From Escherichia phage welsh: a DNA stretch of 45,207 nt. Positions within the stretch are counted from its first letter, which is position 1. The number at the start of each line of letters is the position of its first letter. The stretch lies in sequence record NC_073078.1; one strand, 5' to 3'. Positions 26,890-34,792 of this stretch are shown one piece after another. The position numbers were made by a program, and so were the translations under genes. Under the pieces are notes generated by a model. It did not search any database. It had not been told where the DNA came from and worked only from the letters and a program-made list of their open reading frames with translations.

Positions 26890-29154
26890 ATGAGCTTGAT
26901 TAAATTCGCTGTAACAAAACCCGCTAAAAAAGGCGAAAAAGCCAGGGCGGAAAACTTCCAGATGACGACCGATGAGTTTTTCGAATTTATCAAAGATGCG
27001 AAAGAAATCTCCTCGGTGCATATCAACAAGACGGAAGATAAAGCCGAGTACGCCCGCCGTAAGCGTAAGGCTGATGGCATTGTGGCTTATACCAGTGATG
27101 GGCTGCGCCGCAAGACCAGTGCCGTGGACCGCTCGATCCTGTTCTTCGATATTGACCGCACCGACACCCGCACCCTGCGCCGCTGCCGTAAGGCGTTCAT
27201 CGACGCGGGTCTGGAACACGTATTTCACACCACCACCGGCGACCGCCACCCGCTGAAGGGCGGCACGCGTTGCGCCCGTTTCCTGGTGCTCACTGACAAG
27301 CCTGTACCGGCTGAAGACCTGGGCCGAGTACAGTATGCACTATTACACCAACTGGGTCTGTCAGATGTGGACTTCGATGATTGCACGAAAGACACAAACC
27401 GCCTTATGTACCTGCCTCACCAGCAATCGGTTGTTAAGTGTCACTACGGCAAACGTGCCCGCGTCCGTCGTCTGCTTCGCCTGGCTGATAAGCTGGGAGT
27501 GGAAAAAGAGGAAGTACGCCGCGAACTAACCCAGGGCGATGACGGCGTGGCGGATGGTATTCTGGATTGGTGCTTCCAGGCAGGATTCGAACCGCTGTCA
27601 TCCGGTCGTGGTTATGAAGTGCCGTGCCCGAACGAACACCTGCACAGTGGTGAAGGGTCCACCGCTATCATGGTTAAGGATGGCGAGATCCGTTTCAAGT
27701 GTATGCACACCGGCAACGAGTGTTGCTCGGAACTGAACAGACACCAGCACCTGGCGCTACGTCTCATCGGGATACCGGACCACCTGAACGTCGAACCGCA
27801 CAACATGTCACGTAAGCAAATCGCCGCCATCCTCCCAGGGCTGGACGACGAGGAAGTCGAATCCTTATATGAACATATTGTTGATGCGGTTGGCGACGGC
27901 GAAGAATACGGCGTGTGCACCGATGCGGATCTGGATAACGAGCCGGTTGCGCTGTTCAGTAAGCACGACCCGATTATCGAGGGGTTGGTTAACTTTAAAT
28001 CGACCTGGTATATGGCTGGCGAGTCGAATATTGGTAAATCGTTCTACGTGCTAGGGCAGATGGGTGCGGTTGCCGCGGGTATTCCGTTTGGTGGCGCGAA
28101 GGTCGTCCAGTCCCATTGCTTCTATTTCGACGCGGAAGGTGGCGAAGCCTCTAACCAGCGCAAAGAAGCATTGCAGATTAAATATGAGCACGACCTGGAC
28201 AAGCTGCACATTATCGATCTGCAATCACGCGGCTGGGATATCACCAGCAAATCCGGCTTGCGTGAAGTTATCAGCTTCATCAACCGCACCGCTAACGGCG
28301 AGCCGGTTGGCCTGGTGGCGTTCGACTCACTCAACCAGACTGTTGCGCTGCGGTCCGCAGATGCAAAACCGTTCGACGAGAATAACGCCAGCGATATGGG
28401 TGAAGTGGTCAAAGCGCTGAAGGCCATTGCGGAAAATACAGGCGGCAGTGCGGGCGTCATCCACCACCCGGCGAAGGGTGCAAACGGCAGCAGATCTCCC
28501 CGTGGGTCCGGTGCGCTGCATGGCGCTGTCGATTCTGCGTTCTTCCTGGAGCAACCGGACGACAATCAGCCGGGCCAATTGAACCTGTATCACGAAAAGG
28601 CACGTAACGGCATCAAGCAAGCGCCGCGCGGCTTCGTCCTGCTCAAGTGCAAGGTTAAGGTGGATCTCCGCAAGTCCGAAGCGTTCGAATCACACCAGTC
28701 CACCAGCACCGGGCCAGACTTCGGCGATGTGGTTGCCGGTTGGGACGTCAAGCCAATCGCATCCACGCCACGCGACGAGACTCTTTACCTCGTACCGGTC
28801 GCCCTGGCACCGTTCGCTATTGAACAGGCGAAGGCTGCGGGCAAAGCAGCAGTTAAGGAAGAGAACGCCGCAGGGCCGCGCAACGAAAAAGAGAAAGTGC
28901 TTTATGCAGCACTGGAAAAACTGATGGAAGATAACCCGGACCATACCGGATTCAGCAAATCGGCAATTGTCCGCCAGGCTGGGCTTGCGAAAGGTGGCAC
29001 ATCTACGAAGGCAATCGACGATATGGTCGAGCGCGGCGTACTCGGTTTTTATACCGATCCGCACACTGGGGCCATCTATGGGTCGTCGAATATCGTCATC
29101 AAAACGAATATACCCATCACGCTTTCGGCGACCGATGACGACCTGAAAGATTAA
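26890..29154 (+). CDS. DNA primase/helicase (primase-polymerase-like N-terminus, zinc-binding region, RecA-like ATPase)
   Basis: 754 aa; Cys/His cluster CPNEHLHSGEGS...CMHTGNECC; Walker A GESNIGKS and Walker B-like VAFDSLNQ. Confidence 0.75.
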   Translation: MSLIKFAVTKPAKKGEKARAENFQMTTDEFFEFIKDAKEISSVHINKTEDKAEYARRKRKADGIVAYTSDGLRRKTSAVDRSILFFDIDRTDTRTLRRCRKAFIDAGLEHVFHTTTGDRHPLKGGTRCARFLVLTDKPVPAEDLGRVQYALLHQLGLSDVDFDDCTKDTNRLMYLPHQQSVVKCHYGKRARVRRLLRLADKLGVEKEEVRRELTQGDDGVADGILDWCFQAGFEPLSSGRGYEVPCPNEHLHSGEGSTAIMVKDGEIRFKCMHTGNECCSELNRHQHLALRLIGIPDHLNVEPHNMSRKQIAAILPGLDDEEVESLYEHIVDAVGDGEEYGVCTDADLDNEPVALFSKHDPIIEGLVNFKSTWYMAGESNIGKSFYVLGQMGAVAAGIPFGGAKVVQSHCFYFDAEGGEASNQRKEALQIKYEHDLDKLHIIDLQSRGWDITSKSGLREVISFINRTANGEPVGLVAFDSLNQTVALRSADAKPFDENNASDMGEVVKALKAIAENTGGSAGVIHHPAKGANGSRSPRGSGALHGAVDSAFFLEQPDDNQPGQLNLYHEKARNGIKQAPRGFVLLKCKVKVDLRKSEAFESHQSTSTGPDFGDVVAGWDVKPIASTPRDETLYLVPVALAPFAIEQAKAAGKAAVKEENAAGPRNEKEKVLYAALEKLMEDNPDHTGFSKSAIVRQAGLAKGGTSTKAIDDMVERGVLGFYTDPHTGAIYGSSNIVIKTNIPITLSATDDDLKD

Positions 29155-29229
29155 ATTTTGCGCGCATTGGTTGCCGATATGGGAATTCCCATATCGCTAA
29201 AAGATTAAATTTTGCGCGCGTTGGTTGCC
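29146..29229. repeat. 30-bp direct repeats flanking a perfect 20-bp palindrome
   Basis: AAAGATTAAATTTTGCGCGC(A/G)TTGGTTGCC at about 29146-29175 and 29200-29229 (1 mismatch); GATATGGGAATTCCCATATC at about 29176-29195; the left repeat overlaps the primase stop codon. Confidence 0.8.
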
Positions 29230-29269
29230 ATTTTGGGTGTTTCTATCTGGTCGTATTGGTTGCCGTGTA

Positions 29270-29480
29270 GTGTAAATATAATGAATAGTTATGCAGTTTT
29301 ATTGCATAAAGTAAGCGGGACAAAAAGCGGGACAAACAAGGGGCGGGACAAAGCGGGACAGCACCCCCGTCCCGCCCCGGATGGCGCGGCTTCCAGAGGA
29401 GCGGGACAGCGGGACAGCACCCCAGTCTTTCAGACTAGACGGGGGTCAACGGCCCCCCTCGTCTGAGACTGAATAAAATC
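29270..29480. repeat. GCGGGACA box array, copy B, with the conserved 3' hairpin module
   Basis: Seven or more GCGGGAC boxes. About 29393-29477 is near-identical to copy A (about 1016-1090); the 39-bp stretch between box clusters differs in sequence but is the same length as in copy A. Confidence 0.8.
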
Positions 29481-29626
29481 CGGGGATTGCAAAATACACG
29501 GCAGCATGATGCGAAGCGCGGTCACGGATGAACTAGGCAACCAATGCGAGTTGCAGAATGGTGGGTGAAAAATGCAGTTTGCAGTCACAGCAGATAGCGA
29601 TCAACTTTTTCATGCGCGTGATTAAT

Positions 29627-29662
29627 ATTGGTTGCATTCGGCCTGGCACCTTGCTATATTGG
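29627..29662 (+). promoter_or_regulatory. Candidate promoter overlapping two ATTGGTTGCA motifs
   Basis: TTGCAT, 17 nt, TATATT, about 30 nt before ATG 29689. Confidence 0.35.
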
Positions 29663-29688
29663 TTGCACACCAACATGAGGACTGAACA

Positions 29689-30015
29689 ATGAAAGCGATT
29701 ATCTGGAATTACGCAATGGCTATGGCGAAGGCACAAGAAGCGGCGGAGTTCGCCGGTGAAGGAGCGGAAGCGGTCGAAAGACTATCGGCAGCGTGGTCCG
29801 TTGTTCGCGTCACGCAGCAGGCCATCGCCTGTATGCTGGAGCGCCGCTTCGACACGATGGCAGAGATCCAGCCACTAGCGAACGCAATCCAGGACTACGC
29901 GCTTGCATTTGCCCGTGAGCGCCTGGCGTATCGCTTCGGGATCGGTGAGACGGCAGTGACAAACGTCGCCCGGATTAAAGCCCAGCGCGAGCTATTCGCC
30001 CAGCTTGCGAAATAA
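29689..30015 (+). CDS. Hypothetical protein
   Basis: 108 aa, predicted all-alpha; no recognisable motif. Confidence 0.45.
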   Translation: MKAIIWNYAMAMAKAQEAAEFAGEGAEAVERLSAAWSVVRVTQQAIACMLERRFDTMAEIQPLANAIQDYALAFARERLAYRFGIGETAVTNVARIKAQRELFAQLAK

Positions 30016-30024
30016 GGTGCCAAA

Positions 30025-30297
30025 ATGGACCGCAGACGCGCGAAACAGCTTTCGTGGCATATCCCACTGCATTGCATACGAATATGGGCTAAGAATGCGA
30101 ATGAGGGCGATTCTGTGTTCTGGAGCTATCGCGACGATGTGAAGCCCCTAACGCAGACCCGCTATCTGCACCAGTTCGCCAGGGAGCATGGATTCGCTAT
30201 AAAAACGTCCTTGCAACCAATTGGCATCCGTATTACATTACGCCGGAAGCCCGCCGTTGAGCGGGTAGGCAAACACTGGAGACTGAGCAAATGTTGA
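30025..30297 (+). CDS. Hypothetical protein
   Basis: 90 aa basic protein. Confidence 0.4.
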   Translation: MDRRRAKQLSWHIPLHCIRIWAKNANEGDSVFWSYRDDVKPLTQTRYLHQFAREHGFAIKTSLQPIGIRITLRRKPAVERVGKHWRLSKC

Positions 30298-30425
30298 TAG
30301 GCGGATTCGCGCAGGAGTTTATCTACCTGCATATGTGCGAACTTGACTACAAACAAAACGGCATCGCTACGGTATGCGATGGCGACACGAAGACTATCGA
30401 AGAGATCGAGGAGACAGAGCAATGA
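30291..30425 (+). CDS. Hypothetical small protein (44 aa)
   Basis: GGAGA RBS; start and stop overlap neighbours; below the track size threshold. Confidence 0.25.
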   Translation: MLIGGFAQEFIYLHMCELDYKQNGIATVCDGDTKTIEEIEETEQ

Positions 30426-30979
30426 AATTACTATTCCGCCGTAAGCACGATGGTCGCATCCTGAAGCCGATCCAGACCCTGGATTCCTACGTCCGCTTAC
30501 AAAACGCGGCAGGCAATCGGGTGTGGCGGGCACCGAAACACACGCTGCCGCAGTTCTTCGACGTACTCACTCACGATATCGAGCGCGGCGATGTGCTGCG
30601 GGATATTCGCGACGGGCAATTGTGGGTCGTTGAGCACACCAGCCAGCACGGCTTGCGTATGCAGACCCGCAAGGGCGGCGTAGCGGGTAACGTTCAGAGG
30701 GGTATGACCTACTTCGGGCTGGTCAACTACGTGCGCGTAGGCCGGAACTACACACCTAAGCGCCCTGGTGTAGTGGCGAAAGAGATCACCCGTACGGAAC
30801 ACCCATATACCAAATACGACGAGAGCAAGGTGCGCCAGCGTATCGACAATGCCAGGGCGCTAGCTGCCGCCATGATTCAGGCTGGCAACGATGCCAAACG
30901 ATTTGGGATTGGTGTTATTCTGGTCTACCCCGACGGCAGCATGAAGTCTACCGATCCGCGCGGGGTCATTCAGAAATGA
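30422..30979 (+). CDS. Hypothetical protein
   Basis: ATG 30422 with GAGGAGA RBS (track ORF starts at 30374); 185 aa. Confidence 0.5.
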   Translation: MKLLFRRKHDGRILKPIQTLDSYVRLQNAAGNRVWRAPKHTLPQFFDVLTHDIERGDVLRDIRDGQLWVVEHTSQHGLRMQTRKGGVAGNVQRGMTYFGLVNYVRVGRNYTPKRPGVVAKEITRTEHPYTKYDESKVRQRIDNARALAAAMIQAGNDAKRFGIGVILVYPDGSMKSTDPRGVIQK

Positions 30980-31122
30980 GTGCGACGATCCGGGATATGC
31001 TTCAGCATAACCGCTTTGAGATAGGCGGTCGGGTATTTCGCAATTACTTCGTGGCGCGTGCATGGGCGCGCCATATTGGCAAACCGGAAGGGGCAATTCG
31101 ATGCTATACGTCTTCGCGGTAG
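30976..31122 (+). CDS. Hypothetical small protein (48 aa)
   Basis: ATGA overlap with the upstream gene. Confidence 0.3.
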   Translation: MSATIRDMLQHNRFEIGGRVFRNYFVARAWARHIGKPEGAIRCYTSSR

Positions 31123-31202
31123 TATGTGGCGGTAGTCTGGCGGCCCTGGTGCTGTTGGCGTCGGTTATTAATCTGGTTAAATACCTATGGGGCAGATTAT
31201 GA
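31101..31202 (+). CDS. Small hydrophobic peptide (33 aa)
   Basis: MLYVFAVVCGGSLAALVLLASVINLVKYLWGRL; GGAAGGGG RBS; single predicted transmembrane helix. Confidence 0.3.
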   Translation: MLYVFAVVCGGSLAALVLLASVINLVKYLWGRL

Positions 31203-31486
31203 TTCATGATGTGATTTATTGGTTTGGTATGGCAAGCATATTATGCCTGGTTACGGGAGCGCTGGGCGCGATATGGGTATTCCTGGTATGGCCCGCCGTG
31301 GAAGCCGCCAGCATTACCCGCATGACGTTCGAGGTATACAAGCGCCGTGGAATCACGGAGCACCCGACCAGGTTGCGCATGTGGTGGCTGTGGTATCGGG
31401 ATATGATTGGGGGCCGGATGTTCGAGGCCGTCAGATCGGAAGGATGGGAGTGGAAAGGCGTCGGCAAGTGGTCCGTTTTCGATTAA
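31187..31486 (+). CDS. Membrane protein
   Basis: Transmembrane segment near the N-terminus (WFGMASILCLVTGALGAIWVFLVW); Trp-rich C-terminus; alternative start at 31199. Confidence 0.4.
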   Translation: MGQIMIHDVIYWFGMASILCLVTGALGAIWVFLVWPAVEAASITRMTFEVYKRRGITEHPTRLRMWWLWYRDMIGGRMFEAVRSEGWEWKGVGKWSVFD

Positions 31487-31538
31487 TTATGCAAGCGTGA
31501 TATAGTCACAGTGAGATAAAACTTACTGGGACTTTTTT

Positions 31539-31829
31539 ATGGATAAGCTAAACGAGTGGTTATTCGCCCTTGCGTGTCTTGCTGGTGGCTTCGTAGGCGC
31601 ACGCATTCATGGCGAGGCAACGAAAGGGCCGCTAAATTTTGTGTTGTTTATCGTGGTCGGCTTCTTGTGCGCCGTGTTTGGGGCACCAGCTATTGCCGAG
31701 TGGTTTAATCTAACCGGACCGAGAACTGTCGCTGGTCTTGGCTTCGTAACGGCAATCTTCTGGATGCCGGTCGCCGCCAGAATCCGTGAAGCAATCTCCT
31801 CGTTCCGTCTGCCGGGGAATGCAAAATGA
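31539..31829 (+). CDS. Holin candidate (three transmembrane segments)
   Basis: 96 aa with three hydrophobic segments and a charged C-terminus, directly upstream of the lysozyme. Confidence 0.55.
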   Translation: MDKLNEWLFALACLAGGFVGARIHGEATKGPLNFVLFIVVGFLCAVFGAPAIAEWFNLTGPRTVAGLGFVTAIFWMPVAARIREAISSFRLPGNAK

Positions 31830-32065
31830 TTATCGCCATCCTGTTATTAGTGATCGGGGCTTCGTCGCTGTATAACGTATACGCGCCATCCGTCCAGGAT
31901 GGCATTTGCGGACGGGTGCTCTACCTGCTTACAGCAATGACCTGTATTATTGGCCTGATGCAAACGGGGGACGTATCGAATACAGTCTGGTCCGTGCTAA
32001 TCTGGCTATTCGCATTACGCACACTGCGTAATGCTGTTTTAAATGGGGTAAAACATGCGATTTAG
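31826..32065 (+). CDS. Second small membrane protein of the lysis cassette (holin or antiholin candidate)
   Basis: 79 aa with two or three hydrophobic segments; overlaps both neighbours. Confidence 0.45.
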   Translation: MIIAILLLVIGASSLYNVYAPSVQDGICGRVLYLLTAMTCIIGLMQTGDVSNTVWSVLIWLFALRTLRNAVLNGVKHAI

Positions 32066-32546
32066 TGACAACGGTCTAAGATTTACGGCAGCGTGGGAGT
32101 CGTTCAGCCCAGTGCCGTATTTCGCGACTAAGAAGGAGCAGGCCCGCGGCTTGTACACCTGGGGCTATGGTCACACCGGCACTAATCCGCCACGAAGCAT
32201 TACCCGTGCGGAAGCGCTGGAACTGCTCAAGCGAGATGTGGCGTATGCCGAGGACTGGGTGAACAAATACGCACATCCGAGCATTAACCAGGCGCAATTC
32301 GACGCGCTGGTGGATCTGGTAATCAACGCCGGTCCGGGTCCGATCGTACCGGATGACGTCTCGAACGACTTTGATGATGCGGTGCGACGGGGAGACTGGG
32401 AGAAGGTCCGTGCTATTCTGCCGCAGTTCCGCAAGCAAGGCGGGTCGGTGCTCTTAGGTCTGGTCCGTCGCGCAATTGGCAGACAGGCGCTATTCGATGG
32501 TAAGCAGTGGGACGTTGCCGAGCGAATCGGGCGTAACGCAGCATAA
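32055..32546 (+). CDS. Endolysin, GH24 lysozyme (T4/P22 type)
   Basis: FSDNGLRFTAAWESF...GLYTWGYGHTG and INQAQFDALVDLVINAG match the lysozyme-like catalytic region and conserved helix. Confidence 0.85.
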   Translation: MRFSDNGLRFTAAWESFSPVPYFATKKEQARGLYTWGYGHTGTNPPRSITRAEALELLKRDVAYAEDWVNKYAHPSINQAQFDALVDLVINAGPGPIVPDDVSNDFDDAVRRGDWEKVRAILPQFRKQGGSVLLGLVRRAIGRQALFDGKQWDVAERIGRNAA

Positions 32547-32562
32547 TACGAGGTAACACAGT

Positions 32563-32730
32563 ATGTTAAAAAGCATTCTTGATCATAACGCTGACGCGCT
32601 CGCCGCGCTGGCTAAAACCGAAGACCCTGGCGCACGCGCTATCATCGCGGACACTATCAGCCATGCAGGCGTCTTTGACGCGAAGTTGCCGAGTCCGCCA
32701 CCGCCGGAAGAACCAGGCCCCGCAGCGTAA
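32563..32730 (+). CDS. Hypothetical small protein (55 aa)
   Basis: GAGG RBS; Pro-rich C-terminus; followed by a strong terminator. Confidence 0.4.
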   Translation: MLKSILDHNADALAALAKTEDPGARAIIADTISHAGVFDAKLPSPPPPEEPGPAA

Positions 32731-32736
32731 ACAATC

Positions 32737-32764
32737 AAGCCCGGATAATACCGGGCTTTTTATT
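32737..32764 (+). terminator. Rho-independent terminator after the lysis cassette
   Basis: AGCCCGG-ataata-CCGGGCT followed by TTTTTATT. Confidence 0.7.
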
Positions 32765-32825
32765 GCTTGACTCGCAACCAACACAGGGGCCATACTGCAA
32801 CCAATCAACGAGAGGAGTAATCAAG

Positions 32826-32906
32826 ATGGCACGTAAAGATATTTGGGTATTAGCAATCTGGACCACCGCGGCTTTTATCGGCATGGTTATTTGCGAATTG
32901 ATATAG
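32826..32906 (+). CDS. Small hydrophobic peptide (26 aa)
   Basis: MARKDIWVLAIWTTAAFIGMVICELI; GAGAGGAG RBS; preceded by a promoter-like TTGACT-17-CATACT. Confidence 0.3.
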   Translation: MARKDIWVLAIWTTAAFIGMVICELI

Positions 32907-32967
32907 CCCGCCGCCATACGGACCGTGGTATATTGTCCACGGTCCCATAATCAGGAAGTGGATTAAT

Positions 32968-34110
32968 ATGCACCCGCAAACTAAAATCACCGACGAGCAA
33001 TTGATCGCCGAGTTGCAATCCGGCACTACCGCGAAAGAGATTGCGAAGAAGTACGGCCTTTCCCTACGAAACGTCTACATGCGCAAAGCCCGCCTGTCGA
33101 AGAAAGGTATTGGTCACGGTAACGATGCCGTAATCCGTAAGCGCGTTGCCGATGGATTCGGTGTTAAGCGCGTATCCGCCCTGGTGCGCGGCAATGGCGA
33201 AGAGGTCATGTCGTGGGTCATCACTGAGCAGGACAAGGAGCGCCAACTCGAAGCTATGCGCGCTGTCGTCGAGGGTATGAACAGCGAAATCACACCGGCA
33301 GCACCAGTAAACGCCCCGCCAGTCCCGATCCAGGCGCTCGACTTGCTCAACCTGTACACCGTGTCGGACTTCCACCTGGGGATGTTGGCATGGGGCGAAG
33401 AGACTGGCGAAGATTGGGATATGGCGATCGCCGAAGACCTGTTCTACCGCTGGTTTGTCGAAGCCTTCGCCCGCGCACCGGACGCAGGCACTGCCGTAAT
33501 TAATATCCTCGGTGATATGGCGCACTTTGATAGCCTTGATGCCGTCACCCCCGCCAGCGGACACATACTGGACGCGGATACCCGCTACCAGAAACTGGTC
33601 CGCTACATGATTCGCATGGTGCGCAACGTGGTGGAACTGGCGCTGCAAAAACACCACAAAGTCAAACTGCTAATCGTCCAGGGTAATCATGACGAGTCTG
33701 GCATGATTTGGCTGGCTGAAATGTTCAATACCCTGTACGAGAACGAGCCGCGCGTCGATGTGGACACGTCGCCGGATGTCTACAAAATGGTGCAGCACGG
33801 TAAAACAACGCTGTTCTTCCACCACGGGCACAAAGCGCGCTTCGATGCTATCGAAACCGTCATGATTTCTAAATTCAGACAGGCTTTCGGATCCAGCGAG
33901 TACAGCTACGCGCATGTAGGCCACTTGCACCACCAGAAGATTGTTGAATCCCGCAACATGATTGTTGAACAGCACCGGACGCTCGCAGCGAAAGACGCCT
34001 ACGCCAGCCGTGGCGGATGGATGTCAGGTCGTAGTGCCAACGTCATTACCTACAGCGCCAACTACGGCGAAGTAGCGCGCTTAACCATTAGCCCGGAAAT
34101 GTTGAAGTAA
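32968..34110 (+). CDS. HTH domain fused to a calcineurin-like metallophosphoesterase
   Basis: N-terminal AKEIAKKYGLSLRNVYMRKARL is HTH-like; phosphoesterase motifs DFHLG, GDMAHFD, QGNHDE, HHGH and GHLHH. Confidence 0.65.
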   Translation: MHPQTKITDEQLIAELQSGTTAKEIAKKYGLSLRNVYMRKARLSKKGIGHGNDAVIRKRVADGFGVKRVSALVRGNGEEVMSWVITEQDKERQLEAMRAVVEGMNSEITPAAPVNAPPVPIQALDLLNLYTVSDFHLGMLAWGEETGEDWDMAIAEDLFYRWFVEAFARAPDAGTAVINILGDMAHFDSLDAVTPASGHILDADTRYQKLVRYMIRMVRNVVELALQKHHKVKLLIVQGNHDESGMIWLAEMFNTLYENEPRVDVDTSPDVYKMVQHGKTTLFFHHGHKARFDAIETVMISKFRQAFGSSEYSYAHVGHLHHQKIVESRNMIVEQHRTLAAKDAYASRGGWMSGRSANVITYSANYGEVARLTISPEMLK

Positions 34111-34128
34111 CGGCAACCCATAAGCCTC

Positions 34129-34157
34129 CCAGCCCGCCGATTTGGTGGGCTTTTTTG
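34129..34157 (+). terminator. Rho-independent terminator upstream of the terminase genes
   Basis: AGCCCGCC-gattt-GGTGGGCT followed by TTTTTTG, then an extended -10 like TGTTATAAT. Confidence 0.55.
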
Positions 34158-34219
34158 TGCCTGTTATAATCCCCCTTAGATGGCAGGGCCGTCTCCTATG
34201 TTGCCGAGGGTCGGCGCAT

Positions 34220-34792
34220 ATGAACAAAAGGGCTTATATCATGGCAGAAATCAAAGTTAAGGGCCGACGCGCCAAACTGGACGGACGAGTAGCAGTAACC
34301 CCTCGCCGTAAACCAGGCGAGCAAACCGAGCATACCAATCTCGGACCTGAAATCGAGTACGGCAAGCGCCGTAAAGGCGGCAAATGTGGACGCCCTACTG
34401 ACTACCGATCCGTTTACTGCGACCAGCTTCGCCGCTATTTTGCCGATGCCGACGCCTGGCAGGTCAATTACTCCGATAAAGGCGCTGCGCAAGTAATCCC
34501 CCGCAACAAAATGCCAACCTTCGGTCGATTTGCCGCTGAAATCGGCGTAGGCGTAGCTTGCCTGTACCGCTGGGCGCGAGCACATGAGGAGTTTGCCGAA
34601 GCGATGGCGGACGCAATGGAACTGCAGAAAACTTTCCTGATGGAAGCCGGTGGCGTGACCATCGCGGCAGGCTTCGCTACGTTCCTGCTTAAAGCAAACC
34701 ACGGCGTCCGCGACGATGTACCGCTGGATGACGACGAAGATGATAACGGCGACGTAGTTGTCGAACCTTCCGGCAAAGGTCAGGGTGAATAA
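34220..34792 (+). CDS. Terminase small subunit
   Basis: ATG 34220 with GAGGG RBS; basic N-terminus; directly upstream of and overlapping the large subunit. Confidence 0.55.
   Translation: MNKRAYIMAEIKVKGRRAKLDGRVAVTPRRKPGEQTEHTNLGPEIEYGKRRKGGKCGRPTDYRSVYCDQLRRYFADADAWQVNYSDKGAAQVIPRNKMPTFGRFAAEIGVGVACLYRWARAHEEFAEAMADAMELQKTFLMEAGGVTIAAGFATFLLKANHGVRDDVPLDDDEDDNGDVVVEPSGKGQGE

Noticed and set aside
27583-27600. tRNA-like string GGATTCGAACC, resembling a reversed T-arm.
   Set aside because: It lies inside the uninterrupted primase/helicase reading frame with no matching acceptor stem or anticodon arm. No tRNA genes were found elsewhere.
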